Origin: Candidatus Atabeyarchaeum deiterrae
GTDB lineage: Archaea > Asgardarchaeota > Atabeyarchaeia > Atabeyarchaeales > Atabeyarchaeaceae
Length of the DNA: 64,000 nt
Assembly (NCBI GenBank): GCA_037310415.1
Contig: CP147780.1
Coordinates: 672,001-736,000 of the forward strand
Reading direction: 5' to 3'
Shown: piece by piece, positions 18,047 to 28,472 of the stretch
Layout: each line of letters starts with the position of its first letter
How positions within the stretch are numbered: the first letter of the stretch is position 1
Translations under genes and position numbers: made by a program
The notes under the pieces: generated by a model
Seen by the model: only the letters and a program-made list of their open reading frames with translations
The model's database searches: none
Told to the model about the DNA's origin: nothing

Positions 18047-19765
18047 TTGCTGGGAAGGCGGTTAGTTTTGGCAGAGGGTTATGAGGTTATCGACACAGAT
18101 GTTTTGGTCGTTGGCGCAGGAGGCGCAGGATGCAGAGCCGCTATTGAGGCTACGAACTATAATGTTTCGGTGACTCTGCTTAGCAAGGAACTTTTTGGTA
18201 AAGCTCATACTATCATGGCAGAAGGCGGCTACAATGCAGCTCTTGGCAATGTTGACAGAGAGGATAACTGCGACGTTCATTTCAAAGATACCGTGGAAGG
18301 CGGTGCCTATCTGAACAATCAGAACCTCGTGGAAATACTGGTTAAGGATTCCATTGAGCGCGTGTTTGACTTAGAGAATTTCGGAGGTTTGTTTGATAGA
18401 ACTGCTGAAGGCAAGATTGCTCAAAGACTCTTCGGGAAACAGACCTACCGACGGACATGCTATGCGAGTGACAGAACCGGTCATGAAATGATGGTAACTT
18501 TGGCAGAGGAGGTTAGAAGAAGAGACATCAGAATTATGGACGAGATTTTCGTTTCTCGTTTGCTGATGAGCGACGGAGAGGTCGCGGGCGCTTCGGCCAT
18601 CAATATTAAAGATGGGCGATTCATCGTCTTTAGATCGAAAGCATTAATCTTGGCGACAGGAGGCACTGGGAGGATCTACTCTATAACCACCAATGCAATG
18701 CAGGACACCGGTGATGGGTACGCAATCAGCTTCGACTGCGGAGCTCAACTAGTTGATATGGAGCAATTCCAGTTCCATCCAACAGGCGTGGTATTCCCTG
18801 AGTCTGCTCGAGGAATCTTGGTTACTGAAGCGGTCAGAGGCGAGGGCGGGGTTTTGTATAATTCGATTGAAGATCGTTTCATGAGAAATTACAATCCGAA
18901 ACTCATGGAGGTTGCCGGAAGAGATGAAGTAGCAAGAAGCATTGCAAGTGAGATTCTTGGGGGAAGAGGAACCACTCATAATGGTGTGTATCTTGACGTA
19001 TCCCACCTTCCCTCGATTTTGATAGAAGAGAAGCTCTCGTCAATGCTGGAACTGTTTCTCAGAATCGGCGTTGACATACGAAATGAACCTATGGAAGTGA
19101 GTCCAACAGCACACCACTTGATGGGGGGGCTAAAAATCAACGAAAGGGCTGAGACCACTGTCAAGAGACTTTTCGCCGCCGGAGAGGTTACTGGAGGCGT
19201 TCATGGAGGGAACAGACTCGGCGGAAATGCCCTCGCGGACACCCAAGTGTTTGGAAAGATAGCAGGAGAGAACGCTGCATTGCTTGCCAAGTCTCTATCA
19301 CAGAGTCCCATTCCAAGCCGATCGCAAATCGACCAAGCATACAAGGAGGTCCATTCTCCTATAGATAGAAGAGAGGGTGGAAGTTCAATAGAGCTTAGAA
19401 AGAGGCTACAGAAACTTATGTGGGACAAAGTAGGTATATATCGGACAGGAGATGCGCTCAAGGCAGCTCTCAACGAAATCATGAAGATGAGAAACGAAGC
19501 AATGAACACGGCCACTCGGGACAAGAAGCTCTCGTACAATAAAGAGTGGATGGAATCGCTCGAGGTGGCAAACATGTTGCTAACGTCGGAAATGGTGACT
19601 AGAGCAGCGCTAATGCGGGAGGAAAGTCGCGGAGCGCACTACAGAAGAGACTTCAACAGAACGGATAACAAGTGGCTGGCTAACATCCATATTGCCAAAG
19701 AAGGGAATGGAATGAAGCTCTGGGTTGAGCCAATAGTAGTCACGAAACTGAAGCCTCCAGTATGA
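18047..19765 (+). CDS. tfrA: Fumarate reductase flavoprotein, TfrA/SdhA-like
   Basis: GAGGAG, AHTIMAEGG, QFHPTG, TEAVRGEGG, HHLMGG, HGGNRLGGN, ESRGAH. Confidence 0.85.
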   Translation: MLGRRLVLAEGYEVIDTDVLVVGAGGAGCRAAIEATNYNVSVTLLSKELFGKAHTIMAEGGYNAALGNVDREDNCDVHFKDTVEGGAYLNNQNLVEILVKDSIERVFDLENFGGLFDRTAEGKIAQRLFGKQTYRRTCYASDRTGHEMMVTLAEEVRRRDIRIMDEIFVSRLLMSDGEVAGASAINIKDGRFIVFRSKALILATGGTGRIYSITTNAMQDTGDGYAISFDCGAQLVDMEQFQFHPTGVVFPESARGILVTEAVRGEGGVLYNSIEDRFMRNYNPKLMEVAGRDEVARSIASEILGGRGTTHNGVYLDVSHLPSILIEEKLSSMLELFLRIGVDIRNEPMEVSPTAHHLMGGLKINERAETTVKRLFAAGEVTGGVHGGNRLGGNALADTQVFGKIAGENAALLAKSLSQSPIPSRSQIDQAYKEVHSPIDRREGGSSIELRKRLQKLMWDKVGIYRTGDALKAALNEIMKMRNEAMNTATRDKKLSYNKEWMESLEVANMLLTSEMVTRAALMREESRGAHYRRDFNRTDNKWLANIHIAKEGNGMKLWVEPIVVTKLKPPV

Positions 19766-19973
19766 GATCTTCAGATCCAACTCAGAATTCATCATACAGA
19801 ACCTGCAGAGTCTGCCATCTTATATTGAGCGATATATCATAAAGAAATAGTAAAAGTTGATTTACCGATTTGCAGTATTTCCTGGATCGAGTCAGTTCAG
19901 CCTGATCGAAGAGAAAGCTTGATGACACAATGACTGTGAAGCCAGTTCCTACTAATCCTATTTGGTGGTCAAA

Positions 19974-21530
19974 ATGAGCACTGAGTCGTTTGAATTGAAG
20001 TTATTCCGTTATGATCACGCTAAAGACGACGCTGCAAGATATCAGACCTATAGAGTTCCGTACTCTGATGGGATGACTGTGTTAGATGCCTTGGATTACG
20101 TATATGATAACCTTGATCCAACACTAGCGTACAGAAAGTCATGCAGGCAGGGATCATGTGGATCGTGTGCAGTGCTAGTCGATACAAAACCATGCGCAGC
20201 TTGTCGTACTCTTGTGAAAAGGGGCAGGAGTATAACTGTTTCGCCGCTGTTGCATTTCGATGTAATAAAGGATCTCGTAACAGACATTAGTCGAGGAACC
20301 AGGAAACTGATGAGAGTCAGACCTTTTGTGGAGAGAACATCCTCGCCCGGAAGACCTGAAGTGATCAAGAGGAGCGACATTGAGCCGATAAAAGATCTGA
20401 GGAAGTGCATTGAGTGCTGGTCATGTATAAGCGCATGCCCTGCCATTTCGGAAGCTTGGCAGGAATTCGCTGGTCCTCTACCAATGAGACAATTGGCGAG
20501 GCTCAAGCTTGATCCTCGAGATATGGAAGATCGCGTCAAGATGGCCATCGCTGATGGGTTATACGATTGTACTACATGCAAGGCTTGTGTGGAGGCTTGC
20601 CCAAAGGAGATAGATATCCCGGCAAAAGCTATTGAGAAGTTGAGGTCATTCGCTGTAGAGCAGGGACTTGGTCCACTTCCAGGTCACATGGACTTTGTCC
20701 GATTGGTCGACGAAACGGGAAGATCAGTTGCAAAGAAGGGCATTTCTTTGCTTGAACAGGTTCCCGAGGTCATAAAAGTGCGCGACCCCGTCGACAGAGT
20801 CGCATTTTTCACAGGGTGTTTGATTGACTTCAGAATGCAGGACACTGGCAAAGCTTTGATCAACACTCTCGTCACAAATAACGTTGAAGTATGTGTGCCA
20901 AAGAACCAAGTATGCTGTGGATCTCCCGCATTGAGGACAGGCTCCGTTGGAGTTGCAAGAAAACGAATCATTCAAAACACGGAGTTATTTGAGAAACTAG
21001 GTGTAGAGAAGGTTGTCGTTGGATGCTCCGGCTGCGGTCTAACTCTCAAGACCAACTTCAACGAGATTCTCGAGGATGAAATAGGCAGAAAAGCAGGATT
21101 CAGAGCGTATGACATCAATGAATACTTGGTGAAGGAAATAGGATTGGAGAACATGGTCAGACCAAGCAAGAAACTGAATCTGCGCTTGACATACCATGAC
21201 CCATGCCACTTGTGCCGAGGTCAAGGAATCAGGCAAGAGCCGAGATCATTACTCAAGATGATCCCTGGCGTTGAGTTTGTCGAGATGAAAGATGCGGATA
21301 GGTGCTGTGGTAGTGGCGGAGGAGTTAGGGCTGGCAAGAGACAACTTTCAATGGCCATAGCCAGGAGAAAGGCGGAATTGGTTAGTCAAGCAAACGCAGA
21401 TTATTGTGTGACCTCTTGTCCATTCTGTACTATCCAGATTCAAGAGATCCTCCAAGCCTTGGGCATTGGAACAAAAGTCGCTAATGTTGTAGACATACTT
21501 GAAAGATCATACGGAAAGAAGGTAGTGTGA
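19974..21530 (+). CDS. tfrB: Thiol:fumarate reductase subunit B-like (SdhB Fe-S domain fused to HdrD-type CCG domains)
   Basis: SCRQGSCGSC (2Fe-2S), CIECWSCISACP and CTTCKACVEACP, then FTGC..CCG..CSGC and YHDPCH..CCG..CPFC. Confidence 0.85.
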   Translation: MSTESFELKLFRYDHAKDDAARYQTYRVPYSDGMTVLDALDYVYDNLDPTLAYRKSCRQGSCGSCAVLVDTKPCAACRTLVKRGRSITVSPLLHFDVIKDLVTDISRGTRKLMRVRPFVERTSSPGRPEVIKRSDIEPIKDLRKCIECWSCISACPAISEAWQEFAGPLPMRQLARLKLDPRDMEDRVKMAIADGLYDCTTCKACVEACPKEIDIPAKAIEKLRSFAVEQGLGPLPGHMDFVRLVDETGRSVAKKGISLLEQVPEVIKVRDPVDRVAFFTGCLIDFRMQDTGKALINTLVTNNVEVCVPKNQVCCGSPALRTGSVGVARKRIIQNTELFEKLGVEKVVVGCSGCGLTLKTNFNEILEDEIGRKAGFRAYDINEYLVKEIGLENMVRPSKKLNLRLTYHDPCHLCRGQGIRQEPRSLLKMIPGVEFVEMKDADRCCGSGGGVRAGKRQLSMAIARRKAELVSQANADYCVTSCPFCTIQIQEILQALGIGTKVANVVDILERSYGKKVV

Positions 21531-21691
21531 AGTTCTCTTAGGGCTAAGGTTGTTACCAACGGGACGTTCGTTTTGTGAAATGAAGCGTCTGGTCGCTCGA
21601 TTTTTACTCGGTCTGGGGTCATTTAAATATGGTGAACAGTGACTTTCAGTTGTAAAAGAATGTTCTTCGATTTTCCCGTCGGGGTAAGATC

Positions 21692-22750
21692 TTGTATCAT
21701 GTCAGGCGAATGATAGGCAACCCAGCATTATCCAAGTATTCGATTCGAGCTGCAATCGTTTTTCTTCTATTATGTCTCGCAAGTCTAGTCTGTTTCAGCA
21801 ATCTGCATCTGGCTATTCTGGTTCTAGTATGTACATTGTCTGCGGTGCGCTTACTGTACGGTGAGCAACCCAATATCAAGGCTTACACGTTGCGGAGCAA
21901 TGGTAGGAGTCTAACCTTTTCCGATGATAAAAGGCAAAGGTTCATAGCGCTTTCAATTGTTGAAGCGAAATCGAGCAGAGTCATGGAAACAGGGGTCAAC
22001 AATTCAGAAGAAGCTCCCTCCAAGATTGTCAGAGCGACTAAGATATTCGCAGAACATGTTGGAGCTTTCAGCATCGAGGTCAAAGTCAGAGCTGGATCTA
22101 TTAGATACCTAGCAGTTGCTGATGCAAAAACCGTGGCAGAAGCATGTCAAAAATCAGAAACTTCTGCTGAAAGACTATTAAGAGTAGTTAGAGAGATGCA
22201 TGGAGTGAACTCTCGGGCAGGAATCTTGGAAGGAGAATATCTCAGAGACACCTTCATGAGCATCGTTGGGGGGGATTTTGGAACCCTTAAAGGTGTGGGT
22301 AACGTCGTTCTCCGAGAAGGCGAATCCAGGAATGGAGCCTCTGGATTTGCCCTACTTACTGCCATCGACGGATCGATTGGGACAATAGGGCTGGATAGAC
22401 TGTCTTCGATAGTACAGGATTTACAGGGGGAGGTGACCTATGTAATCAACATGAAAGTGCATAAGACCTATGATGAGAATGTCTTGATTGAAGGAGCCGA
22501 GCATGGTCAAATCTGGGTGATTTCATCATATTTCATGGTTGACGGAAGAAGTGTTGATAAAATCAACCAGGATGCCTTCAAACTTAGGAGCAGCGTAGAA
22601 AGTTTAACACGCGGAGGCACGCTAAGAGTTGAACGAGGTGCATTTGCTATCCAGAAGATTGGGAGTATTCTTGTCAGATCATCAGTTGGCAAGAAACTGC
22701 GTCTGTCAAACAACCAGTTGATTGCCCACATTCAGACAATGTTAAGTTGA
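21692..22750 (+). CDS. Hypothetical protein with N-terminal TM hairpin
   Basis: 352-aa ORF, two adjacent hydrophobic segments, no recognised motif; TTTAAATA upstream. Confidence 0.65.
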   Translation: MYHVRRMIGNPALSKYSIRAAIVFLLLCLASLVCFSNLHLAILVLVCTLSAVRLLYGEQPNIKAYTLRSNGRSLTFSDDKRQRFIALSIVEAKSSRVMETGVNNSEEAPSKIVRATKIFAEHVGAFSIEVKVRAGSIRYLAVADAKTVAEACQKSETSAERLLRVVREMHGVNSRAGILEGEYLRDTFMSIVGGDFGTLKGVGNVVLREGESRNGASGFALLTAIDGSIGTIGLDRLSSIVQDLQGEVTYVINMKVHKTYDENVLIEGAEHGQIWVISSYFMVDGRSVDKINQDAFKLRSSVESLTRGGTLRVERGAFAIQKIGSILVRSSVGKKLRLSNNQLIAHIQTMLS

Positions 22751-22867
22751 TTGGAAGAAGTTATGTAACGTCCATGATTGTGTTCTCCAAGTCGACGAGA
22801 ATGATAAATCCAAGACATTTGCAGATGAAAAGTATGTTCACATTAGGATCTAATTGGTCTGATAGTC

Positions 22868-23701
22868 TTGGTATTCGGAAGGAACTTGAATCCATGTAAC
22901 GAGGTTCAATACGACTTGCGATCAATCGAACCTGTTGAGATGGTCAGTAACCCCTCTACGGGTGCAGCAAAACGAATTATTATAGAAGCCCTAGAGAAAG
23001 GCAAAGCAATAGTAGCGGTAGGATCGTGTGAGATAGTCTATAAAGGCCGAGCTTCATCGACTCTTGGTCCTGGAGAACGAATAGTCATAGTAACCGAAGA
23101 CAAAGCTTTGATCATTCATCGGTCTTATGGTTATCGCCCGGTCAACTGGCAGCCTACGGGTTGCAAGTTCAGAGTTGAGGAATCCGCTGATGGCAAACTG
23201 GTCGTCACCGCAATAAGGATGAACCCTCTCGAGTCGATTAAGATGTCTTTCGACAAGTTCTACGCAATAAGCACACTCGTTCTTCTCGATAATAGCGAGC
23301 TATGTCTTTACGCTTCAGAGTTGGACATGAAGAAGGCAATTCTTTACAGACCGAGCTTGATCGAGGATGGTTTCACACCGATAACCTCCGAAAAGGTGAC
23401 CGCAACGGGATTTGTGGACATATTCGGCAAGGACAAGGAAGGAAATTATGTAATCGTGGAAATCAAGAGGGGTCGAGCAACAAAGAAAGCTGTACTTCAA
23501 CTGGCAAGATACATTGAGACGCCCAGAAAGGGAAATCCTAGTATTAGAGGCATACTCGTGGCAGACGGCATTACCAAAGATGCTCAGAGAAGCATTGTTT
23601 CGCTGAATCTGGAATTCAAGAGACTCAATCCGAAGAAATGCTCGGAAATCTTGCAGGAACTGGAAAGAACCAAAGATAAAGAGATCACGAGCTATTTCTG
23701 A
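22868..23701 (+). CDS. nucS: Mismatch endonuclease NucS/EndoMS
   Basis: YKGRASS, PVNWQP, VDIFGKD..VEIKR, QLARY; C-terminal PIP-like EITSYF. Confidence 0.95.
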   Translation: MVFGRNLNPCNEVQYDLRSIEPVEMVSNPSTGAAKRIIIEALEKGKAIVAVGSCEIVYKGRASSTLGPGERIVIVTEDKALIIHRSYGYRPVNWQPTGCKFRVEESADGKLVVTAIRMNPLESIKMSFDKFYAISTLVLLDNSELCLYASELDMKKAILYRPSLIEDGFTPITSEKVTATGFVDIFGKDKEGNYVIVEIKRGRATKKAVLQLARYIETPRKGNPSIRGILVADGITKDAQRSIVSLNLEFKRLNPKKCSEILQELERTKDKEITSYF

Positions 23702-23737
23702 TCAGACCCATCATGATCGACAGGTGAGAGGAGACTC

Positions 23738-24307
23738 ATGAACGAAGAAGAATCACTAAACAAGAAGCGCCAGATCATGAAACTCTATGACTCGTCGGCA
23801 AGAATATACAACAGAAGATACAACATGATTCAATCCAGAAAATACAAGTTCGTAGAGAAGCTTCTCGAAGGAAAAGAAATCATACTTGATGTGGGATGTG
23901 GAACGGGCTTGCTCTCTTCGTTCTTGGATGAAAAAGCCAGTCTGCTCATTGGAGTTGATATTTCGGTAAATATGCTAAAAGTAGCGCAAGGTAACCCAAA
24001 AAGAAGGCTTATCAGAGAAGATCTGATAAGAGCTGATGCTGACTGGCTACCATTTCGCGACAACGTTTTTGAGAAGGTGATCTCTGTGACGGTCCTTCAG
24101 AATATGCCTGAGCCAAGGGTAACGATCAAAGACATTGCTCGCGTCACGGTGGCAGGAGGCGAAATCGCCGTAACTTCTCTCAGGAAGAAGCATGACCTAG
24201 CCAACCTTCTAGCAATCATTCTGATAAGTGCTCCTGAGTTGAAGGTGACAACGGAATGGGATGATGATGATGAGGATGCTGGTGCTATCCTAACTAAACT
24301 TATTTAA
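23738..24307 (+). CDS. Class I SAM-dependent methyltransferase
   Basis: ILDVGCGTG, GVDIS, ADADWLPF. Confidence 0.9.
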   Translation: MNEEESLNKKRQIMKLYDSSARIYNRRYNMIQSRKYKFVEKLLEGKEIILDVGCGTGLLSSFLDEKASLLIGVDISVNMLKVAQGNPKRRLIREDLIRADADWLPFRDNVFEKVISVTVLQNMPEPRVTIKDIARVTVAGGEIAVTSLRKKHDLANLLAIILISAPELKVTTEWDDDDEDAGAILTKLI

Positions 24308-24394
24308 AGGAATCCACGTATTTTACTACAAGTAATGTTCTAAAGAGGTTTGCAAGTAGCGAAAAGAAGAAGCGATTCTCTGGAGATGGAATCT

Positions 24395-24652
24395 ATGACC
24401 GAAAGACAGCCTTTGAAACTTCTCCTTCGCTCGATAAACAACACTGTACTTGTAAAATTGAAGGATGGTCGAGAATACAAGGGAAGACTGATCGAGATGG
24501 ATAATTATATGAACTTGGTTCTAAGTGGAGCGGAGGAAATCGAGAATAATGAGCATGTCGCTAGATTTGGTGAAGTCTTCATAAGAGGCAACAACATTCT
24601 CTTCATAAAACCAGACGTAACGGCCTCGGCAAGCGAAGCTGAAGAGAAGTAG
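24395..24652 (+). CDS. Sm-like (LSm/SmAP) protein
   Basis: Sm1 VLVKLKDG..YKGRL..MDNYMNLVL; Sm2 FIRGNNI. Confidence 0.95.
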   Translation: MTERQPLKLLLRSINNTVLVKLKDGREYKGRLIEMDNYMNLVLSGAEEIENNEHVARFGEVFIRGNNILFIKPDVTASASEAEEK

Positions 24653-24854
24653 AACTGTGGAATCTTCGAAGGACAGAATGGAGATATTGAGAAGGTTAAT
24701 GTGAGAATCTGCCAGACATGGATACCTGCGCTATCTGTTTGATGGCAGTAGTACATGTTCACCGTTTTCTCCCTTAGAGTTCTAAGGACAACTCAAACAT
24801 GTATTCTGCTCATGTTTCGGCCTTGATTTCTCTGATTAGACAGGGGCTTGTCAC

Positions 24855-25295
24855 ATGAGGAAAGTGCGCCTTTCTGAAAGCGACAAAATTGAGAAGATGT
24901 CAAACATCTTCATGGAGCTTTTCAGTTTTTCTTCAGAAGGCGTTCCCATTTTGGTCGAAGGACGGAAAGACGAGGATGCCCTCAAAGAGCTGGGAGTTAA
25001 GGGAAGAATCATCAGAATAAGAAGACAGAGAAAGAAGTTGTTCGAACTCGCTGAGGAGCTATCACCATATAAGAAAGTAGTGGTTCTTGCCGATTTTGAC
25101 AAGGAGGGAGAGGCACTGGCAAGAGAGATCTCCCGTTACCTTCAATTGTGGGGCGTCCAGACAATCATGAGGGATAAAATTAGAAACGCCATAAGTTGGG
25201 CTACGAGAGAAATCGAAGGGGTAAAAAAGATTGGAGGACTTCAAGAAAAGTTAAATAACAAGCAATTCATAGTAGACGTGAAGCAGGTGAAGTAA
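24855..25295 (+). CDS. Small stand-alone TOPRIM-domain protein
   Basis: ILVEGRKD, LADFDKEG. Confidence 0.88.
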   Translation: MRKVRLSESDKIEKMSNIFMELFSFSSEGVPILVEGRKDEDALKELGVKGRIIRIRRQRKKLFELAEELSPYKKVVVLADFDKEGEALAREISRYLQLWGVQTIMRDKIRNAISWATREIEGVKKIGGLQEKLNNKQFIVDVKQVK

Positions 25296-25399
25296 GGTTT
25301 TCCTGTCTCTCGAGAATTCACTTGAATAGGGGAGACAAGAGCACAATGTGCTTAACCTTAATTTCCGTGCATCATATTTACAAGGAGTTGAAATAACCA

Positions 25400-26590
25400 A
25401 TGACGGAGGATCATGAGGAATATACCACAACAAAATACGTTATCAGAGCAAAGTTTGAAGTAGACGGGGTAGTTGAGAAACCCGACGTTGTAGGTGCAGT
25501 CTTTGGACAGACTGAGGGATTGCTCGGAGATGAGCTTGACCTTCGGGAACTGCAGAAGACTGGTCGCATTGGAAGAATAGTCGTCAATGTTAGTGCACAG
25601 GGTGGGAAGTCAAGCGGAGTGATAATAATACCTTCAAGCATTGACAAGGTTGAGACAGCAATTCTAGCTTCTTCGCTTGAGACAATTGATAGGGTGGGGC
25701 CTTGCAGTGCAAGATTCTGGGTTGACCGGGTAGAAGATGTGAGAGAACTCAAAAGGAGAAGGATAACGAAGAGAGCCTCTGAAATCCTACGCGAATGGGA
25801 AGACAAGACAGCCCCCGAAAGCAAAGAAATAACTGAATTGGTAATGGATTCTATCAGAAGTGGTGATATAACCAAGTACGGCTCAGAAGAGCTACCTGCC
25901 GGTCCCTCAATAGATGACTCGGACACAATAATAGTACTCGAGGGAAGGGCGGATGTCCAGAATCTTCTGAGATATGGCTTCAAGAATGTCATCGCTGTTG
26001 AAGGAACGAAGGTTCCGCAAACGATCATCGACTTAAGTCGAAAGAAAACTGTAATTGCGTTTCTCGACGGTGATCGCGGCGGGGATCTGATACTGAAGGA
26101 ACTGATGCAGGTTGCAGACATAGACTACGTTACTCGCGCCCCGGTAGGAAAAGACACTGAAGAGCTGACAAGAAAGGAGATAGTGAAAGCATTAAGAAAC
26201 AAGGTTCCGGCTGAGCAGGCAACTGCAGTTGTTGAGAAGACCCAAGAGAAAAACAAGGATACCCGTTCCACTGAGGTAAGAGAGAAAAAAGAGAAGGGCT
26301 CCAACCACCCAGGTCAGCTCTCAAAATACGTACAGTCGATCGACGGAACTCTGAAAGCCATAACCCTCAACGACAAACTTGAGCTGGTTCAGGAGACATC
26401 AGTGGGAGAGCTGACAGATGTCATACCGACACTTGAAGGGATTCGCGCAATAGTATTTGACGGAGTCATTACCCAGCGTCTGGTTGACTTGGCAAGCGAA
26501 AAGGGCATTGAATACCTCATCGGGGCGAGAAGGGGTAACATTACAAAACAACCAGTGAACATGCTGATTAAGACCTTCAAGGAAGTCTGA
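25400..26590 (+). CDS. dnaG: Archaeal DnaG (exosome-associated, primase-like)
   Basis: VEKPDVVGAVFGQTEGLLG, EGRADV, FLDGDRGG, DGVITQRL. Confidence 0.96.
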   Translation: MTEDHEEYTTTKYVIRAKFEVDGVVEKPDVVGAVFGQTEGLLGDELDLRELQKTGRIGRIVVNVSAQGGKSSGVIIIPSSIDKVETAILASSLETIDRVGPCSARFWVDRVEDVRELKRRRITKRASEILREWEDKTAPESKEITELVMDSIRSGDITKYGSEELPAGPSIDDSDTIIVLEGRADVQNLLRYGFKNVIAVEGTKVPQTIIDLSRKKTVIAFLDGDRGGDLILKELMQVADIDYVTRAPVGKDTEELTRKEIVKALRNKVPAEQATAVVEKTQEKNKDTRSTEVREKKEKGSNHPGQLSKYVQSIDGTLKAITLNDKLELVQETSVGELTDVIPTLEGIRAIVFDGVITQRLVDLASEKGIEYLIGARRGNITKQPVNMLIKTFKEV

Positions 26591-26769
26591 TCATCCCGGA
26601 TTTCAGTCCATCACACAGACAGTTGCCGCTACGGCGCGCCATTGGTCGATCGCTGCATTAAGTGATGTATTTGCTCTCGGTGTGGGTATCATAGCGAACT
26701 CCACTCTCAGACCCTCTGCAATCTTATCAACCTCATGTCAATAAGATCCCAGACGTCGTACTAATCAGT

Positions 26770-26991
26770 TCACTTTTTCTTTTCTTTGGAAACCCACCAA
26801 TCTAAGTACTCTTTTTGCCTTTTGTTTTTCTCTTCCTTCTCCTCGTCGAAGCCGCCGTAAATCTGATTCATGAGTTTCTCACGGGCTTCATCAATCTCCT
26901 CACGCATCCAAGTGGCACCGCATCTAGTGCAAACATATGAGCGACGATTTCTATCATACTTCAATTCGCCAGCACATTCGGGACAATTCAT
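26770..26991 (-). CDS. Small Zn-ribbon protein
   Basis: MNCPECAG..YVCTRCG, charged helix, EYLDWW; GAGGAG SD. Confidence 0.8.
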   Translation of the reverse strand: MNCPECAGELKYDRNRRSYVCTRCGATWMREEIDEAREKLMNQIYGGFDEEKEEKNKRQKEYLDWWVSKEKKK

Positions 26992-27242
26992 TGCGAGTTA
27001 CTCCTCAAATATCGATTAGCGCAAGACTTTCTAGACTCTTTTACAAGAGGCTGACACAATTTCACTACTACCTGATAACTATTAATGGACAGAGTTGATT
27101 ATTAAACTTGATTGAATGAATTCACAAACAGCACGTGCGAATATATGCGAGATCGGTTTCTTGTTAGGCGATTAAGAATTTCAAGGAGTACTCAGCGTGC
27201 AGACAGCATACCATGTCTTGTGGTTACACCAGATGTTTTTGG

Positions 27243-28355
27243 CTAGCTAACTGGCTTCCATAGTAATCCTGATTCATCTGCACACTTGTAAGCTTCTTCC
27301 AGTTCTTCTCGTGCAGGTCGCCTGTTTATCTCAGCATAATTCCTGTCGCTAAGAACAAGGTATTCTGGTCTATATTGCCCCATGATATTGACGAGAGCTT
27401 TTGGTATGTTTCTGGAGATCCACGTTAAGATGGGCTTGGTGCAGCACTCGACGTGCCCAGGCATCACTAAGTGACGAACGATCATTTCTCCACCGCCACG
27501 ATCGTAAACGGTCCTGTGGTTTCTCGACACAACCCGCCAATAGTTGGAGACTTGCGAGTATTTCAGAGCGCAGCTGTCTTTGTACCATTTGAGGTCGGGT
27601 AACCAAAAATCGATTGCGTCTAAGAGTAGTTCAGTGGACTCATTTGACATGTAGAAATTCGAGTTCCACAGTTGACATATGTCAACTTCAAGATACTTCA
27701 TTGATTCCAAGATGTTATGAATATTTGGCGTTGGCGAACCGCCGACCCAGTTAACGTTGTAAGCTCCTTCGCCTCTGAGAGTGGATACCATTCTTGACAA
27801 CTGAACTGGAGTAACCACGCGACCATTTTCTGAATTGCCTGAAATGTCTGAGTTCTGACAGAAAACGCATGGACCGAAGTTGCAGCCGGCGAAGAATATC
27901 GTGCCAGAAGGAACTAGGACACTCTCTTCACCCATATGAAGGAAGAAGGTCGACACGGCAGACTCACTACCGAGTCTGCAGTGCCCTTTCTCCCCTTTCA
28001 GTCTGTTTGCTCCACATCTCCGCTCGCACAAATGGCAATTCTGCAGTATTCTTCTGGAGAGCTCAATCTTCAAATCTAGATAAGTTGAAGAAGAAGGAGT
28101 CTCTAGATCCTTAAGACTCGTTTTGCCATTATCAAGGTCCATTAAGGTTTTGTTAAAAAGAGAAGATGCCTTGCCATGTTCGTCCCACAACTCTTCGTCA
28201 GAAGAGTGGAATGAAACAGCTACAGGTATCAACTTGGCTACCTTGGATTTTGGCAGGAGAATTCCTTTAAGGATTCCATAGTACCTTGAAAGTCTAGATC
28301 TGATCACTCTGTTATTCCACACTTCCACGGAATCGGGGCGAACTATCTTCCACAT
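27243..28355 (-). CDS. Radical SAM protein, PflX-like
   Basis: CHLCERRC, HMGEE..LVPSGTIFF.GCNFGPCVFCQN, VGGSPTP, RHLVMPG. Start placed at MWKIVRPD. Confidence 0.85.
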   Translation of the reverse strand: MWKIVRPDSVEVWNNRVIRSRLSRYYGILKGILLPKSKVAKLIPVAVSFHSSDEELWDEHGKASSLFNKTLMDLDNGKTSLKDLETPSSSTYLDLKIELSRRILQNCHLCERRCGANRLKGEKGHCRLGSESAVSTFFLHMGEESVLVPSGTIFFAGCNFGPCVFCQNSDISGNSENGRVVTPVQLSRMVSTLRGEGAYNVNWVGGSPTPNIHNILESMKYLEVDICQLWNSNFYMSNESTELLLDAIDFWLPDLKWYKDSCALKYSQVSNYWRVVSRNHRTVYDRGGGEMIVRHLVMPGHVECCTKPILTWISRNIPKALVNIMGQYRPEYLVLSDRNYAEINRRPAREELEEAYKCADESGLLWKPVS

Positions 28356-28472
28356 ATTTACGATACACCGCGACGCCGTATTGGGAGATGAGCGTATGCC
28401 GCCGGCTGTATTGCTCGTGAATAGATCTCGAGATAATATGGTACTATGTAGGAGCACAGTTTAAGAGCTTGT

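Noticed and set aside
24653-24854. Expected rpl37e after the Sm gene
   Set aside because: No Zn-finger basic ORF is visible here.
26600-26740. Short minus-strand frame after the Zn-ribbon gene
   Set aside because: No convincing start or motif.
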